From Sphaeroforma arctica JP610 (lineage: Eukaryota), in assembly GCF_001186125.1 (NCBI RefSeq), contig NW_014040503.1, forward strand, positions 17,183 through 51,925: a stretch of 34,743 nucleotides of DNA, given 5' to 3'. The translations under genes were made by a program, and so were the position numbers. Under the pieces are notes generated by a model. That model had not been told where the DNA came from, ran no database searches, and worked only from the letters and a program-made list of their open reading frames with translations. Positions 12,401 to 27,100 of the stretch are shown here, in pieces (within the stretch, counting starts at the first letter, position 1; each line of letters opens with the position of its first letter).

Positions 12401-15400
12401 CTTTAGCGCGATTTCGTGCGCATAGCTGACCACATGCTGAAAAAGAAAATTGTGGTTGTTGATAAGCGCAGCACTTATGCGGGCCTAGTTCTACCTAAGA
12501 AGTAAAGCAAAGGAATAAACCGTGACGGACAATGCGTGCGGACACGTATGGAAGGTATTCTTGCATATAATTACAGGGCAGCAAACATATACGAGTGGTT
12601 CTCCGAACTTTAAAAGGATTGCATCTGTTTTTTTTCTCCACAAAATGAACTTACAAATATTCATAATCAAATGCATTTTACACTGTTGTGTTGGAAAATC
12701 TGGAAGCTTAGTGTACATCGTTATCCTTTTAGGCCTTCGTTATCACTTGAGGTAAAGCATTATTATCCCCAATCAAAGGTAAACCCACACTTTCGGTAGC
12801 TAAAATACTGAGCGCTGAGGCATGCGAAATTATACATTACCTAACATACCGGGCCTTGAATAAGCCAATAACACGAGGAGAAATGCTTAACAACGGTATA
12901 ATGGAAGGTGCTCGCTTGTGCTTCTACATCACACTGATCAATCAATGTTTTTCACTTTCCCGCAAATCTACTTCGACAAAATAAATACCAACATCGCTAT
13001 GAAACCCATACCAATGGTGTTGGCCTCAAGAATACACGCGAGACGGTGGGGGCAGGTAGATCCAATGCGCTCGGTTCGCGATGATCTCGAACTTCTACGA
13101 AAATACCGCCATTAACTCGCTGCAGTACGAGAGTGCATGTCAAATTTTTAATACGCCATATTGTACAATTACCAGTCGCCGTCAGCGCAAGAAGCAAAAG
13201 TTGCTAGAATGTACCCTTCGTGTCTTGATCAAAACTCTCTCCGTACAAAAGTGAGACGTGTGACTCAAGCTTGAGTCACACACTATAGCCTAGTACAACA
13301 TTGAAAATACCAAGATGATATCAAACTAACGATAGCGAAGATGTTCAACAATTTCGACATAGAAGCGTAAGGTTCAAACAGGCACATATCAAAACCGATA
13401 GAAGGCTGACACAGAAATGTAGAACGACAACTTTATGCGACAGAGGTGGCGCTAGTGAAGTTAAGAAGAAGTGATTCACTTCATGTCTCACGCTAATTAG
13501 GGAAACTTCTCCAAAATAGACCTGACCAAAAAGGCAAGTAGCGGCGTCGAGCGCTGTAGTATCGAGATATGGTATGTCATGCCTAAGACTGTACCGAAAT
13601 GTGAATACAACTCAAATCCGTCACAATGTCACAGCAAAAGATCAAATACGACAGTTTTTATGAAAAAAATGGCGTCTTTTGAAAACTGGGGGTACATTAC
13701 ACCAAGCATAATGAAAGTAAAAATAGAAATGTACCTTGACGCCGGGCAAGACGTCGATAAGTGATACGAGCTCCAAAGGGAGAGTACGATTGTCAATCGC
13801 ATCCAATAGTTCGTGGCTGCCGCGGTCGTATGGGAACACGACCCCGTCGGCTTTTTCGCCCAGACTATATCCCGAATAATACAGGTTGATGACACACGAG
13901 GTCTGCACCTATGTGTTGAAAATCAACAATGATTGTTCCTAATTGAGAATTGATGTTGAAAACTATATACATATCAATATGTACCTTCAATTATATTCTA
14001 TTTTCATACCGCTCTTGTGTAGGGAGTTTGATGAAAGGTAGCGGTCAAGAATGATTCAGATCATTAGAAACGCAAGCGATCAGATCTAAAATTTTCAATA
14101 GTCATGCTTTACAAAACTCATAGAAAAAACTGGATGATAGCGGTGTGTAAAGTTGAGAAATGTAATCCCGCTAGGTACTAGTATGGCGGACAACGATATG
14201 TGCGATATATCTATCATTTACCATGTATGAATCCGTGAACAACCTTACCTCCTTTACATTGCCGATGGCATCATATAAACCGGGACCAGGGGTAGTGAAT
14301 TTGAATTTTTCGGCAGAAACACCATTGATGGTCACTCCACCCTCTAGTGCGGCACCCCCTGCAGACCCCACAGCCGCTCGCGGTCCCGGAACACATGCGC
14401 TTTTCATCGCAGGACCTGCCCTATTTGCCGTGTCTGCGGTCGAACTGTCAGAACCACCGCCGTTCTTGTTGACTGTACCATATGAATTGACACTGCAACT
14501 TTCTCGCTCAGGTTGTTTAGATGACGCGATTGATGCACTTGTAGGGGCGGAAGAGGGCATGGAATTAGATTGGCCGTTGTGTGGCAGTGTGTGGGGATTT
14601 GTTTGGGCGGGGCTGAATGCTTGAGGTGGTGTGGTAGTGGGGGTGACACCGGATGTGGCTGTCAGCGTGTTTGCGCCGGGTTGCACTACTTTGGCTTGTG
14701 CGTATACAATTCCATCGGTAGTTTTCCCAGTTGGTGTCGCGTTACTCACGGCCCTGGCTTTGTCGGTGTTGAGTGGTATGGGGTTCATTGCTCCACTCAC
14801 AATTGCAGGATTATTCCCGCTGGTTACACGATTAGCATTGGAAGCCACCATGTTATTGGCACTACTACTAAGAATAGTATTAGCAGCATTACTGGTTGCA
14901 GGCTGTGTGGTGTATGCTGGATGGGTACTTTGAGTCTGACTGTGCGTATTTGATAATCCCGCACCGGTTTGCTTCTGCGTGCCCGAAACCTGTTCAGGGA
15001 ATGAATGCAGGATAGTTAGATTTGGTGATTTCAGAATATTTTGAATAGTTCACGCTATTCAGAAGTGCAGAAACAACATCGTTCAAATTTCGCTGGCATT
15101 CTTGAGCAGTATCCATCAAAGGGACTCTCGGCGAAAAGAATTATGAAAGAAGCATAAATTTGCAACAACCTCGACAATCATTTAGCGATAGTTCCACAAA
15201 CAGGTCCGATGATTTACCATCATAATCTTAAGGCTACTTCAGTAGAGGTAGATAATCACGAACTTACCTGGTACAAATTGCTGCCGACACCGGACACAGT
15301 CGAATCGATTGGCATATACACCCCAGCGAATGGACTGGCACCTCCTAGTACAGAACCTACGAGACCAGCGCTTAGGCTTTTATCACTAGGGCTAAAATTA

Positions 15401-18400
15401 TGTCCGGAATTGGTAGATTCGCAATCGCCGGCTTGTTGCTCGTGATCGTCTTGGACTAATGCAAGTGCATTGATGTGTTGTTGCAGATACTGAGCCTCTA
15501 ACAAGTCATACACATTGTCCTCCTCTATGACTTCGGTGCCAGCACTGGACATCATCGGCATAGTGGCCGTCCGATGCACCGTGCTCTCTGTGACTGTAAA
15601 CGAGTTTGTTTCAAAATCGACGCGATCTGCAATAAGTTTTAATTGATAGTTATTGTGTCACGATCGTAAATACTTCAACTCGTTTTGGTGCAAGAACGAG
15701 AAGAGCACCGCATCAATTCACTACAGACTAAGGCAATGCTTCTCAATGAGAACGAAGGACTCCGAGACAATTTGAAAAATACTATCCAGCCATACATCCA
15801 AATGTATACAATACTCAAAAGCACACAGCAAAGGCCTTCAGTGTGTTGATGCACAGCACAGGCACTCGCCGGTGCGATGTCAACACGAAAATGTGCAATC
15901 ACTTGGTCGCTTAACGCAGCAAACAGAGCGAGGCGCCTATCACCTGAAAATACACACACCATTACCCGCCAACTTTTTCGTATTGGCTTTTGAGACGACC
16001 GAAGAGGGGGCACAGCTGTCGACAGTACCCGCAGTTCTAGTGTGAGACTTGGTGGCTGCCCCACTAAAATCTGCATTGGCAATCTTCCGCAACGCATTTT
16101 TCCTTTGTATCCTTTCCAGGCCTATGGTTTGCACACGAGGAGACATTCACAAACCATCAGATAGTGTGAGGAGTTGATGGGATGATACTATTCACGTTTT
16201 ATATGTAGTACGTGTTGGCAGCTGTGTAGGTGATTGCGACACCAGATGGTAGCCATCAGTACATTGTATCTCGTACCCAGTGATGGATTTATGCATAGAA
16301 AAAAAAGGTCAATTCAAGTTCAGATGCGAGGCCATTCTTACACAATTGTAGAGTGATGTGATGTACTCCGCACCTAGGAAGGGCAATGGGTGCCAAGCCA
16401 GGCAAGCAGCATATGGGTAAACGATTTCCAGATCAAAGGTACAAGCAGCCAACTAAATTGCTACGTGATTTGTGACGTGGTATAAAAGTATCCTAAGCTA
16501 TTAGCTGTATGTGATGAAACGAGTTGCGGGATGCATTCTGTATGATCCATAAAAGTGATGGAAACTACGGATCCAAAAGATATACACGACGTACGCCTAA
16601 AAATGAATAGAGATACACTTCATTACCACACACGCGGTTCAAAATGAGTGGAAAAAGTAACAAATTTAAATCGACATTCGAGTATATAAATATATACACA
16701 TTTTTCATCAAATCCCTTCAGCGCCTCATCGACACAGTGAACTACGACCCCTAGGCCTAAAATACTCGAATACAACTTTTCATGCTTTTGTATATGGCAA
16801 ACGTCACCTTCTCGGACTTAGACAATAATTTCAACTGAATGGTGTAGTTATAAAAATGTTTGAATCAAACAACATTCATGCCAGTCGATATCTAACTAGG
16901 CTATAGATATCTTACGCACCAAACACATACCTCTCTCCATATTCGAATACACAAAACATATAGAACAAACACAAAAAAACTGTAATGCCAATTGAAGGGG
17001 AAAGTGACGCACCATCTTCTCTGAGCAAGCGGAAGTACGAGCGCATGTGCCAATCAGATGGAGGAGCGCTCATGCGCGTTTGATCCCTCAGCGGCTTTGT
17101 AAAATGCCTCAACCATTGCTGGCGATTGAACCGAAAAGGTGAAGATGCTTCGGCGAGGGATATACTATCGATGCTGAAGTCAGGGCGTTCTACCACCTGT
17201 TAGGGTGCGTGTGTAGAAGAACAATTACAATTAGCTCAGCACGGTGAAAATGCATGTAAGTATCGAGAAAAAAAAATCACCTGGCCATCGCGTCAGTGTG
17301 AAGGGACCCTACTAAATAATGGCAAAAACATACTCAATCCGGCTATGGTCATATACAGTTACAAGCTGGTGACAGACGACAAATTAATCAAATACTTTTA
17401 GTGGTCTATTGAGTGTTCTACTGACTCGGTCACCAAATGGTACTCAGGAAGTTGAGAAAGTTACGGAACTACCTCGAGTCAGCAGACGATTTAGGCTACA
17501 TACAATCCGGCCCAACATATATACCACGCTCAAGGTGTTGCCTATACTTATTTGCTGTATATACGAGAATCGAACAATGCGAGTAAGATTTACCTGAGAT
17601 ATCCTTGCAACACTGCCACCAGTCTGTATATTTTGAGTCAGGGGTGTTTTCTTACTGATCACCGAAGCAGGCGCCCTGCATTCTTTGCGTGCTGTTTGTA
17701 TTGTAAATCGTGCGGATGAGAGTCAAAGACGCGCAATGATGGAATCATGCCAGACAGAGGTACATGTGTGACTTGAGGATGCGGGGGATCGCAATCTGTG
17801 CCAAGAAAATGCGATGTGTTTAGATTCACATCGCGCATCAACTACAATTTTGATTATGGACCATTGAATGCCCATAAATCAGTCAAGCATCTAGCTGTAG
17901 ATATGGAGACGTTCATGAGCCACGTGCCAATTTGCGACCGTATACACATGATATCAAACAGACCTACACACAAGTACCGTGCAGCAGCGTACGTTACATT
18001 GATACGCATGAATATAAAGCTTTTGGAATACGTACAGAGCTAGCGATACGAGGCCTTCATGACTGATGGATTATTTAATATCTTTGATTCTCTACCAAAT
18101 TCGCTTTCAATTCAACCGAAAAATGAAACATTATACTTGCTATTAGATTCACATATGCGAGCCCATGGCGTCAAGACGAGAGTTGTATACAAATCATAGA
18201 CTGCTTGCCTTTCAGATAACATAAATTGTAAGTCCGTGTCCACAAAATATGTGTTGTCGCATTAGATAGCTAAATAGCGTTTTCAAATTCTCAATTCAGA
18301 CGAATGCATTCAGTTCAGACTGGAGCGTGTAGCGTCAAATCCGTAAATTTCATAATGTGTAACGGTAAACAATAGATACATGCATATGCTGCGCAGGCTT

Positions 18401-19341
18401 CGCACTAGTTTAACAGAAATTCTTGACACTGTAGCGGTAGATTCACTACGGTTTATACAGTGGCCAACATGAAAACGTAAAGATGAAGCCAATATTTCTT
18501 TGGGATATCATAGTCACAACTAAAATCATCGACGGCAAATCTGTAATCCCGAACGTATTCGACGTACTCAGTTTGTGATCGTATACGGCTACTATACTGT
18601 GTGTTCTTTCAGACAATGTTTGATTTTTTATGTAAATATCATTGTATTGTGGTCTGAGCCTACGTCACTCGCCACGTAGACAAATAACTAGTGAATGTGA
18701 AAGTAAATGTAGATAGGCATCAACAGGTTATATTTCGAACAACTACTATAAGGAAAAACTACATGTAAACGAACACAATAGAAAAAAAAATGCGACGTCG
18801 CAATATAACATAGTATAGACAACTCACCCTTCGCTCCGATGGAGGAGAATATAGTTTTCGATCTAATTTTGTTCGACTGCTTCCAGCGGAAATTGATAGT
18901 AATCTGTGGCCGTGTACGGACTTCTACCGGATCTTGTTTGACACCTATACCACCCGATTGCGATATACTTGGGCTGCTTTGTGACACACTTGAGCTAGGC
19001 TGCAATACACTTGGGCTAGGCTGCGATACACTCGAGTTGGGTAGTGATATACTTGTATTGATTGAGATTGGTCGAGATAAACTTGAGTTGGAACGTGGAA
19101 CACTTGAGTTGGCCTGTGATACGTTTGTATTGGTTGATTTGGACTGTGAAATGCTTGAGCTGAGTGGTTCAGTGGTCTCGGGTGAAACGCAAACCGGCAG
19201 CCAACTATGTGTTGCCTTGTGCTTCACTAGACCAGCTTTTGGTGTGTCTGTTTTAAAAATATTTTCACTTGTGTTGATCTGCGCTGCAGAAGCAGTCTCG
19301 GATGGTTGAGTACTCTCCATACTATTCTTGTGAGCGATCAT
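6416..19341 (-). CDS. SPT20: Multi-exon gene for an Spt20/SUPT20H (FAM48A/p38IP)-family SAGA complex subunit with long low-complexity N- and C-terminal regions
   Basis: Spliced exons 13908-13735, 13119-13012 and 12436-12231 encode SCVINLYYSGYSL...FPYDRGSHELLDAIDNRTLPLELVSL...GGIFVEVRDHR...SRVFLRPTP...WGERELLQIEAKVIAATSTQALCLDPS. This matches the Spt20 core motifs (LVVNLY, LLEYLD.E.LP, GCVIAEIRDYR, ILLRPT, LESQLI.AT.PLCLDP). The last exon 10122-6416 starts with the second conserved block (FVLGDYSCADHYVMDFKKLYKLEG). Other phase-compatible exons: 19341-18828, ~17691-17594, ~17196-17012, ~16120-15960, ~15627-15268, ~14989-14248, ~11890-11704, ~11212-11000, ~10690-10486. The start codon and the junctions near 18.8-17.7 kb and 12.1-11.9 kb are uncertain. 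Confidence 0.8.
13258..13281. repeat. Perfect 24-bp palindrome in an Spt20 intron
   Basis: GTGTGACTCAAGCTTGAGTCACAC is self-complementary. Confidence 0.85.
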
Positions 19342-19635
19342 AACATACTGTACTTGCTGATTAGTATAGAATTGCAGTAGACATAAACTCGTTCAATCTC
19401 CTCATCGCACAAACAAATATCAATCGATCAATACACAGATCAAGTATGTGTAGACATAGTGCTGTATTTAACAAAAAAATATTTGTTCAGGTTGTTTGGG
19501 GAACATGCCTGCCCGCCAAAAAAAAGAGAGGAAGCATTGTTGTATTTTTTGAACAAAAATATTAAATAATCGCAAAATCGTTAAGCTAAAAAGCCCAGTG
19601 CGTGTGTACTCGGTCAAACATACTCGTCTACGTGT

Positions 19636-19757
19636 CACTCACACACACACACACGCGCACGCTCCCACATATGCATATGTATACATATTATATAAATGCG
19701 ATGCACATATATATCTATATCTATATCTATATCTATATTTTTATTTATCTTTATCTT

Positions 19758-19827
<70 letters not shown>

Positions 19828-20035
19828 CGTATATGTATATGTATATGTATATGTATACGTATATGTCTATGTACATGTATATGTGCAAGTAAAAATATAA
19901 GTATAGGAATATGTACATGTATATATATATGATGCGGGTATATATATATATATATTTATATTTATATTTCATCATTATTTTTAGATTTATTTAAATTTTT
20001 CTATTTATATATATATATATGTATAAGGCTATGTA

Positions 20036-20090
<55 letters not shown>

Positions 20091-20101
20091 GCATACATAC
20101 A
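19636..20101. repeat. Compound microsatellite (CA)n/(TATATC)n/(TATATG)n/(TA)n
   Basis: Seen directly; it produces the spurious YV/MY/IC repeat ORFs. Confidence 0.95.
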
Positions 20102-21258
20102 TGACCAAGGCTTGCACGAAATCTTGAATATTAACCAGGGGTTGTCGAAAGTAACATCAAAAACCTGAATATGTAGACCAAGGCTCAGTATATGGTGAGA
20201 TATACCGTGTTGGCTAGCAAATGTATAAAAATTCGTAAGCTTGTGAATATGTTTTGATACATGTTACAAATCCCCAAAATATTGTGTATATATATCGTAG
20301 CTGTATATTCTCTTGGATATTCTCATATGAAATACTGAATACGAATTTAAAGAAGTACAATTGCCAAGGCAATGGGAAGAGAGCAAGAAATTAAAACAGG
20401 CACTTTGTAGGTAGGTATACATTTGGGTTTCCTCGAAGGAATAACCACACTAAGATGCGTATTTTTATATGTTTTTGTTGAATATCGTATTCGAGAATCC
20501 TACGATAGAGTGGCAAGAAGAGATCTACATATTAAAATCAAGTTATGCTAAGAGAACAATTATCTTTTATCTTCCCAATTGATTGTAGTTGGAAGGACTG
20601 ATAATTTTTCTGTATATGTATATACGTGCACAAGGCGGTGCAACGATTGTCATAATATACCTCACCCACATCACAGCACTTATACCGCTGGGGGAAAAAT
20701 AGGAAAATTGAGGGATACTTATTTACACATATTCGAATATTTACAAATGTACATACGTATGAACCAAAAAAAATTAAAAAAATAGTGAAGGTTCCCAATA
20801 TGTGAAAAAAAAGCTGATCAAACCCGATTTCTCGTCACACGTGTTGTGAGAACAATAATATATTTTTTTTTAAATAAGTTATAAGAAAATAAATCTTGAC
20901 CCTATAACCCTCTATTTTTGTTTTATTTTAGGAGGCTGTGCCTAAAAAGGCAAATACATAGGCTCCAAAAATAAGAAAGCAAGAAAACGGACGAGTCCGT
21001 ACTCCGTACGACAATCCATTGAAGAGTATTTTGGCTATGAGTAACCTCTTTTTTATATATAAAAAATAATTCCATAAACATACGACAGTTGTATTTACGA
21101 AAATTTAAAAAAAAAATGCCTACTTTTACTAAAATATATGAACAAAAAATCTTCGTTTTCGTCGTGGAGACGAGGACTCTTATGAGTCTCCTCTCGGTGG
21201 TATATTTACTGACGAGAGGTAGTGCACAAAATACATTCGCAAGAAGTAGACAACTATC

Positions 21259-21735
21259 ATGATAGATACTGCAGTTCTGCTAGCAGCAGTTGTGCTGCCG
21301 ATTGTACTTGGTCATGAGAACGTTATCATAGATGACGACGATGAGCCCCTCACTGCGAGCACTCATGAGAATTTTGCAAGCGAAAAGGTTGAGCAATCAT
21401 TTTTTGGTCAGATGCGAACTGAGATGGGAAAGGCTATAAGTGAACTGGACTTCTGGACTGTTTTCGGTTACACCTTTATGGGCTCGGTATTTTTCATGTG
21501 CTATGCATACTACACAGAATACGTTCAGACTGGTAAAAGTATTACTGATGATGTTAGAGAGCTTATGAAGGAGAACGCCGCGAAGGGAAAAACACCACTA
21601 GACCTGTTGACTGGTAGAACTAGTAACGCGAATACAACTTCAAGCGAATCAGGGTCTAGGAAGAAGAAAATATCAGCCAGGTCGAAAATTGCAAAAATGT
21701 CAGATGAAGAGAAGAAGAAGTTTCGTGGAGATTAA
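21259..21735 (+). CDS. Uncharacterised 158-aa single-pass membrane protein (signal peptide, acidic luminal part, TM helix, Lys-rich tail)
   Basis: Intact intronless ORF. Hydrophobic N-terminus MIDTAVLLAAVVLPIVLG, TM-like WTVFGYTFMGSVFFMCYAYY, basic C-terminus ending EKKKFRGD. Confidence 0.75.
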   Translation: MIDTAVLLAAVVLPIVLGHENVIIDDDDEPLTASTHENFASEKVEQSFFGQMRTEMGKAISELDFWTVFGYTFMGSVFFMCYAYYTEYVQTGKSITDDVRELMKENAAKGKTPLDLLTGRTSNANTTSSESGSRKKKISARSKIAKMSDEEKKKFRGD

Positions 21736-22977
21736 GACGGGGCAGAGTACACCTCCATGATTGATTATGGCGCCAACTTTCTGCGAGATACACTTGATTT
21801 TGGAGACACTGGTGCTATATGCTTATACCGAGGGTATGCTGATCATATTATTTGGCCAAGGACGAAAATCGTTGACCAATTAGTGCACGCTAAGAACAGT
21901 TCACAGGATGGCGCTGGGTGATTGATGTCCAGTGACACTAGCGTGCGTTTTGCAACTTCTATTGACACCCGTCAAAAGGCCGTCCACTATATGGATAATT
22001 ATCTCCTGTACACTTGTGGGTATTTCAAGCCTTCCAGGGCTAACTCGATAGGACGTCGTAGTCGACGAAGAATTTGAAATTTCGACCACGTTTGCTGACT
22101 AACTGTGGGCTCGAGTTAGCAGAAAATTTCGGAGGTTCTTTTATCATCACAAGGAGCCGAGGAAACAAGTTTACCAGACGCGTAAATAAAGCGATCCAGG
22201 CATATGTAATACCGAGTTTGGTAGCGTGCGGATAATAAATATTAGCGCTGTTTGAAAGCTACTCAATTTAACTGTGGCACAGCTATATCAAGTTTCCAAT
22301 CAGCAGGCTATACGTAGACCTTTATCTGCGCATCGTAGGGAAAAGCTATTAATATATGCGTTTGAACGTCCGATTGCAATACATAGTGGGCTAGCATGTT
22401 TCACGTTTTTAACCAAGAAAAAAAGGCTTGTTGGGAGTATTTTATGGCTGTTTGTGGACATAGGTTGTTATTATCTACGAATACTCGACTCAAGGATATG
22501 AAATACTCCATATGTATACACAAACCTGAGAAGCCTAAATACACTTTACATCTGCAATCTGCACTGATGTGCTAGCATTTAGACATGATTTCAGGGTGCT
22601 GCATTATGCAAGTAGCTTCAAAAAATAATAATAGAGATTGTATCTAGCTACACACCTAGACTATTTAGGGGTCTCTCTCGCGCACAGTCGCTCTCTCAAG
22701 TTTTGTTGGAGTCTAACAGTCTCACTAGTTAAAATGAAGCCAAGAGTTTTTCGCGGGAGTTGCACTGTGAACAGTCCTGACTCCTGAGTCGAGTGAGTCC
22801 CCGCGGTCACTCCAGACTCCAGAGTCTGACTGTCTCTCTAGTCTCTAGTCTCCACTAGAAAGTGTTACAGCCCACACATTTTGGATATTTTATAGCCCGC
22901 AATAGATACAAATTTGTATATACACTGTCGTAAAAATACGATATATTCGGATTTTAAAACTTTGGACCTAATCACTA

Positions 22978-23840
22978 ATGCCGTGGATTGTAACCATGAT
23001 GGACGGAAAGAATGAGGAGGCCGTTGCCCATCAGGCTCATCTAGACAAATTAACTCGTCTTCTAGACAAAGAGGAACTGGGAGAAGATGACGAGATCGAG
23101 AATGAAATGAGTGAAACAGAGGTAGAAACCAACTCACCAGAGGAAGCGGGGGAATGCCCTCCCGGTATGTGCATCGAATGTACCGACCAACCCGCATCCC
23201 GGTCTTGTGTGGAATGTCAAGATGATTTCTGCGAGGTGTGTGTGGACTCAATACACCGGTCAGGTACGCGTAAACGACACAAAATCAATGCCATAATGGG
23301 TGTTGAAGTTGGGCAACCGCAGCTCTGTGACAATGGAAATAAAGCCGATACTAATAATCCAGTAGAATTGGATTCGGTAGAGCTTGAACTTGAGAATGGT
23401 AATAAAGTTTTGGGAGGCATTGAAGAGGCCAAGGTACATCGTACCGAGGCACACCAAGGGCTGGGAGAATGGTTCGTAGAACGATCCAAATCGATTCCGT
23501 TGAGATTAACTTTCGAAGAACGAAAATATCTGAGGTTAGTTGAGGCGGCTCTGAATGTATCAGAATACACTGAAAAGGTATGCACACTCGAGGAGCACCA
23601 AATAATGTTGGTAGCATGTATAGCTATGATGTATTGAGATGTTCAATTTGTACTGCCCACACTGCATACCTAGGAAGATTTGACTGTCTAAGAGTCAAAC
23701 GTATTTTGTTCTTGCTCACAACACTTCATAAGATCTGACTCGTAAGAGGCATTTGAAACAGCTACCTATTATTTTACCGGCACATTTGATAGCAGAATTT
23801 GATAGTGAACATGTGCAAACTATACTATACTATATATATA

Positions 23841-23882
<42 letters not shown>

Positions 23883-23915
23883 CATGCACATGTATATATA
23901 CATATACATACACAT

Positions 23916-23974
<59 letters not shown>

Positions 23975-24129
23975 ATATATAGTATGTATTACACACACAC
24001 GTATATATTATACACAAATATATATACNNNNNNNNNNNNNNNNNNNNTACGTGTACGTGTGTATGTATATTGTATATATGTATGTGTATATGAGGATATG
24101 TGTATATGTGTGCTTATGTTGATATATAC

Positions 24130-24161
<32 letters not shown>

Positions 24162-27100
24162 GTATATTTGTGTATGTATGTATGTGTTTGTATATATATA
24201 TATATATACATGTATGTGTATGATCTGTAATCTATGTATGTATATGTAGTATATATATATATATATATACATATCCTCATATACTCATATACATATATAC
24301 AAATATACCTATATATGTATACGTATAAATATACATATACAAATATGCATATACACGTATACGTATAATTATATATATTCATATTTATATTCATATACTT
24401 ATACATGAACGATACATATACATTTACATCTACCTAAAAATACACAATTGTTTTGTGAATACGCGAACTGAACTAGCTAATCGCAGAATAAACGATTGTA
24501 GATGGTATATACTTGTTTGAATTGACCTAGTAATTTTGGTACGCTGACAACGATGTTATAGGTGGACATATGCTACTTCCGGTCGAGAGCCAAGCGAATA
24601 GTAGAGCAAGTTCGAGACATCTGTGCCATTCTGTCAGGGCTACTGGTTTCTTGCGACTATAAGGCAGGTCAGACCCTAGTGAAGGATCGGGAATTTAGTG
24701 AGAATGCCGACTTCTTTCAAACCGTCTTCGAGATCGGCCGCAGATATAAAGTTTTAAATCCAGGTATCTGTTGCTGAGCTTTGTTTAAAACCACTTTTTT
24801 TATTCACTCGTATTACGATGGGGACAATTTTGATTTATGTGCAATTGATTGTGAGCACATTATATATGTACATATTTAATAAACTATGTCGCAGGGTATC
24901 CAAGAATTATACATGGATTGATTTCTTGCTCATAGTCACACTTAGCACGTGTCTTTTCGAGATGGTAGATCGGACTATTCCGTTTCTATCGAATGTCTGT
25001 GAAATCATAAATGTGTTTTTGCACAAGCTCGTTATTTCATTCGCCACTTGTGAGTTCTAAGCCTCAAAATACCTCATCAAACACACGTTTCATCTGTATG
25101 GTTGAACTTGTATACGTTTGCAATGACATCTATACTCAGTCGACCCTCGGAGTACGTGGTAAAGTTATAGGCTGCAGATGTGTTTGTAGTGATCACTAAG
25201 GCACCGATTGGTCACACAAGTACGGAGTAAGCGTAATTAGTCTCGATTTACCCGAACTCAAAAACTTGTTATATTCCGATTCTACGTCCCAGAGCGCATG
25301 CGATCGTCCTACGGAAAGCTACTGTATTTTCTGCAAGACACGCAAATACCTGAAATCAAGGAGTTACTAGAGTTTTCGTGCGTCAAACCGATGAAGACGG
25401 TCTATGGATATCTGGAAGCGAATGGACTATTGAATTTGCTGCACGATGACTTGTTAGAGACGGCTACACATGAAATACCTGCGCATGGACAATCGCGTAG
25501 AGATGTGCAGAGAATGATAAAGGAGAAAAATATGGCGGTGAAGCGAATAATACGAAGGTGTGTCAGCTCTCTCTAATTCGTACAATTGCAGTCACACGCT
25601 GCAGCGTTACAGCGTGTAACGAATAATGTGAAGGCGGCAGACACTGTGTGTTGGATTAATATAAGGGTACATAACTCTCTAATGTCGACACACCGTGTAA
25701 CGAATAATGTGAAGGCGGTAGACACTGTGTGTTGGATTAATATAAGGGTACATAACTCTCTAATGTTGACACACCGTACACGTACTGATTCTCTAGAAAT
25801 AATGAAAGACCACATCACACCGTAAACAGGCCACATAGCACACCACAAACTCACCCACATAGCTCACAACAACACACCAGACCAGACCATTCATTGCTAC
25901 ACACCACCGCCGCACACTCACGCCACACCATACCACACCACACCACACCAAAAACTCACCCACATGACCCACAATAACACACCACCGCCGCACACTCACG
26001 CCACACCATACCACACCACACCGAAAACTCACCCACATGATCCACAATAACACACCACCGCCGCACACTCACGCCACACCATACCACACCACACCACACC
26101 GAAAGCTCACCCACATGACCCACAATAACACACCACCTCACCAGACTATACTATTCATTGCTACACACCACCACCGCACACTCACGCCTCACCACACCAC
26201 ACCACACCAAAAACTCACTTCCTGAGTAAACGGTTGCATCAACTCATCACATATATTTTTCCTCTCGCTGCGTCGCAACACTATCAGGTATGCCGATCCT
26301 GCAAATGGAATCAAAGAAGATGATATCGAGCGATGCTTGGTGTCTATTGGGGACAACAATTCGTTTCTAAGCTACAATAGAGATCCATGTGATGAGTTGA
26401 TCGGTTATCTCCGGCACTATTTCTCACGCTCCTCCATCGATCCTGCATTCTCACTAGCTATCGCTTCTGGTATGTATTTCGTTTTACAATATTGTCTCTG
26501 TACCACGCACAGGTGACGATCACCAAGACCTCATGTCAAGATTTACACACCCAAACGTGCGGCTCAAGAACCTATTTGAAAGTTACTTTATCTATAGCAT
26601 ATCCGCGTGTGTGTCGGCGTAGTGTGTCATTTTAAAATAAAAGTAACTTGGCAATGAAAAATCAGCGCTGCTATGTATATTTATTGCGATTACGTACGCA
26701 TCCGCTTCACTGCCATCAAAACTCGTCCTTCATCGCTGACGCCTTTTATCCTTTGTCTTCCACGTCTGCAGGTAAACAAGGAGCACGTTTAACACACTCA
26801 CATACTCGACAGTACGACTACGTACTACAATCACTTTCACTGTGGCGTGAAATTTTGCACGATTTCTTTAATTTATGGCGATTAGCGGAGGCCGATCTCT
26901 TGAGGGAAAACAACGGTTATAGATTAGTAGACACTGGACAAGGATTGAATCGTATACAGAGTTGTAATAACACGTCAAGGCTCATGCATGCGATTTTGAA
27001 CAAGGTGAGTCCTGATGTACGCATGATAATACCTATTAGTTGCAGTATGTTTTATCCACACTGTAGATATAAATTGAAGAAGGTAGCCCTCGAATATACA

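Noticed and set aside
19598..19975. ORFs made of YV/MY/IC/YI repeats
   Set aside because: Translations of TA-rich microsatellite.
23753..24406. Y/I-rich ORFs spanning the N gap
   Set aside because: Intronic microsatellite, not coding.
25586..26225. Repeat array with ORFs; possible CRISPR-like array
   Set aside because: Head-to-tail minisatellites with no unique spacers, inside a eukaryotic intron, and no cas genes.
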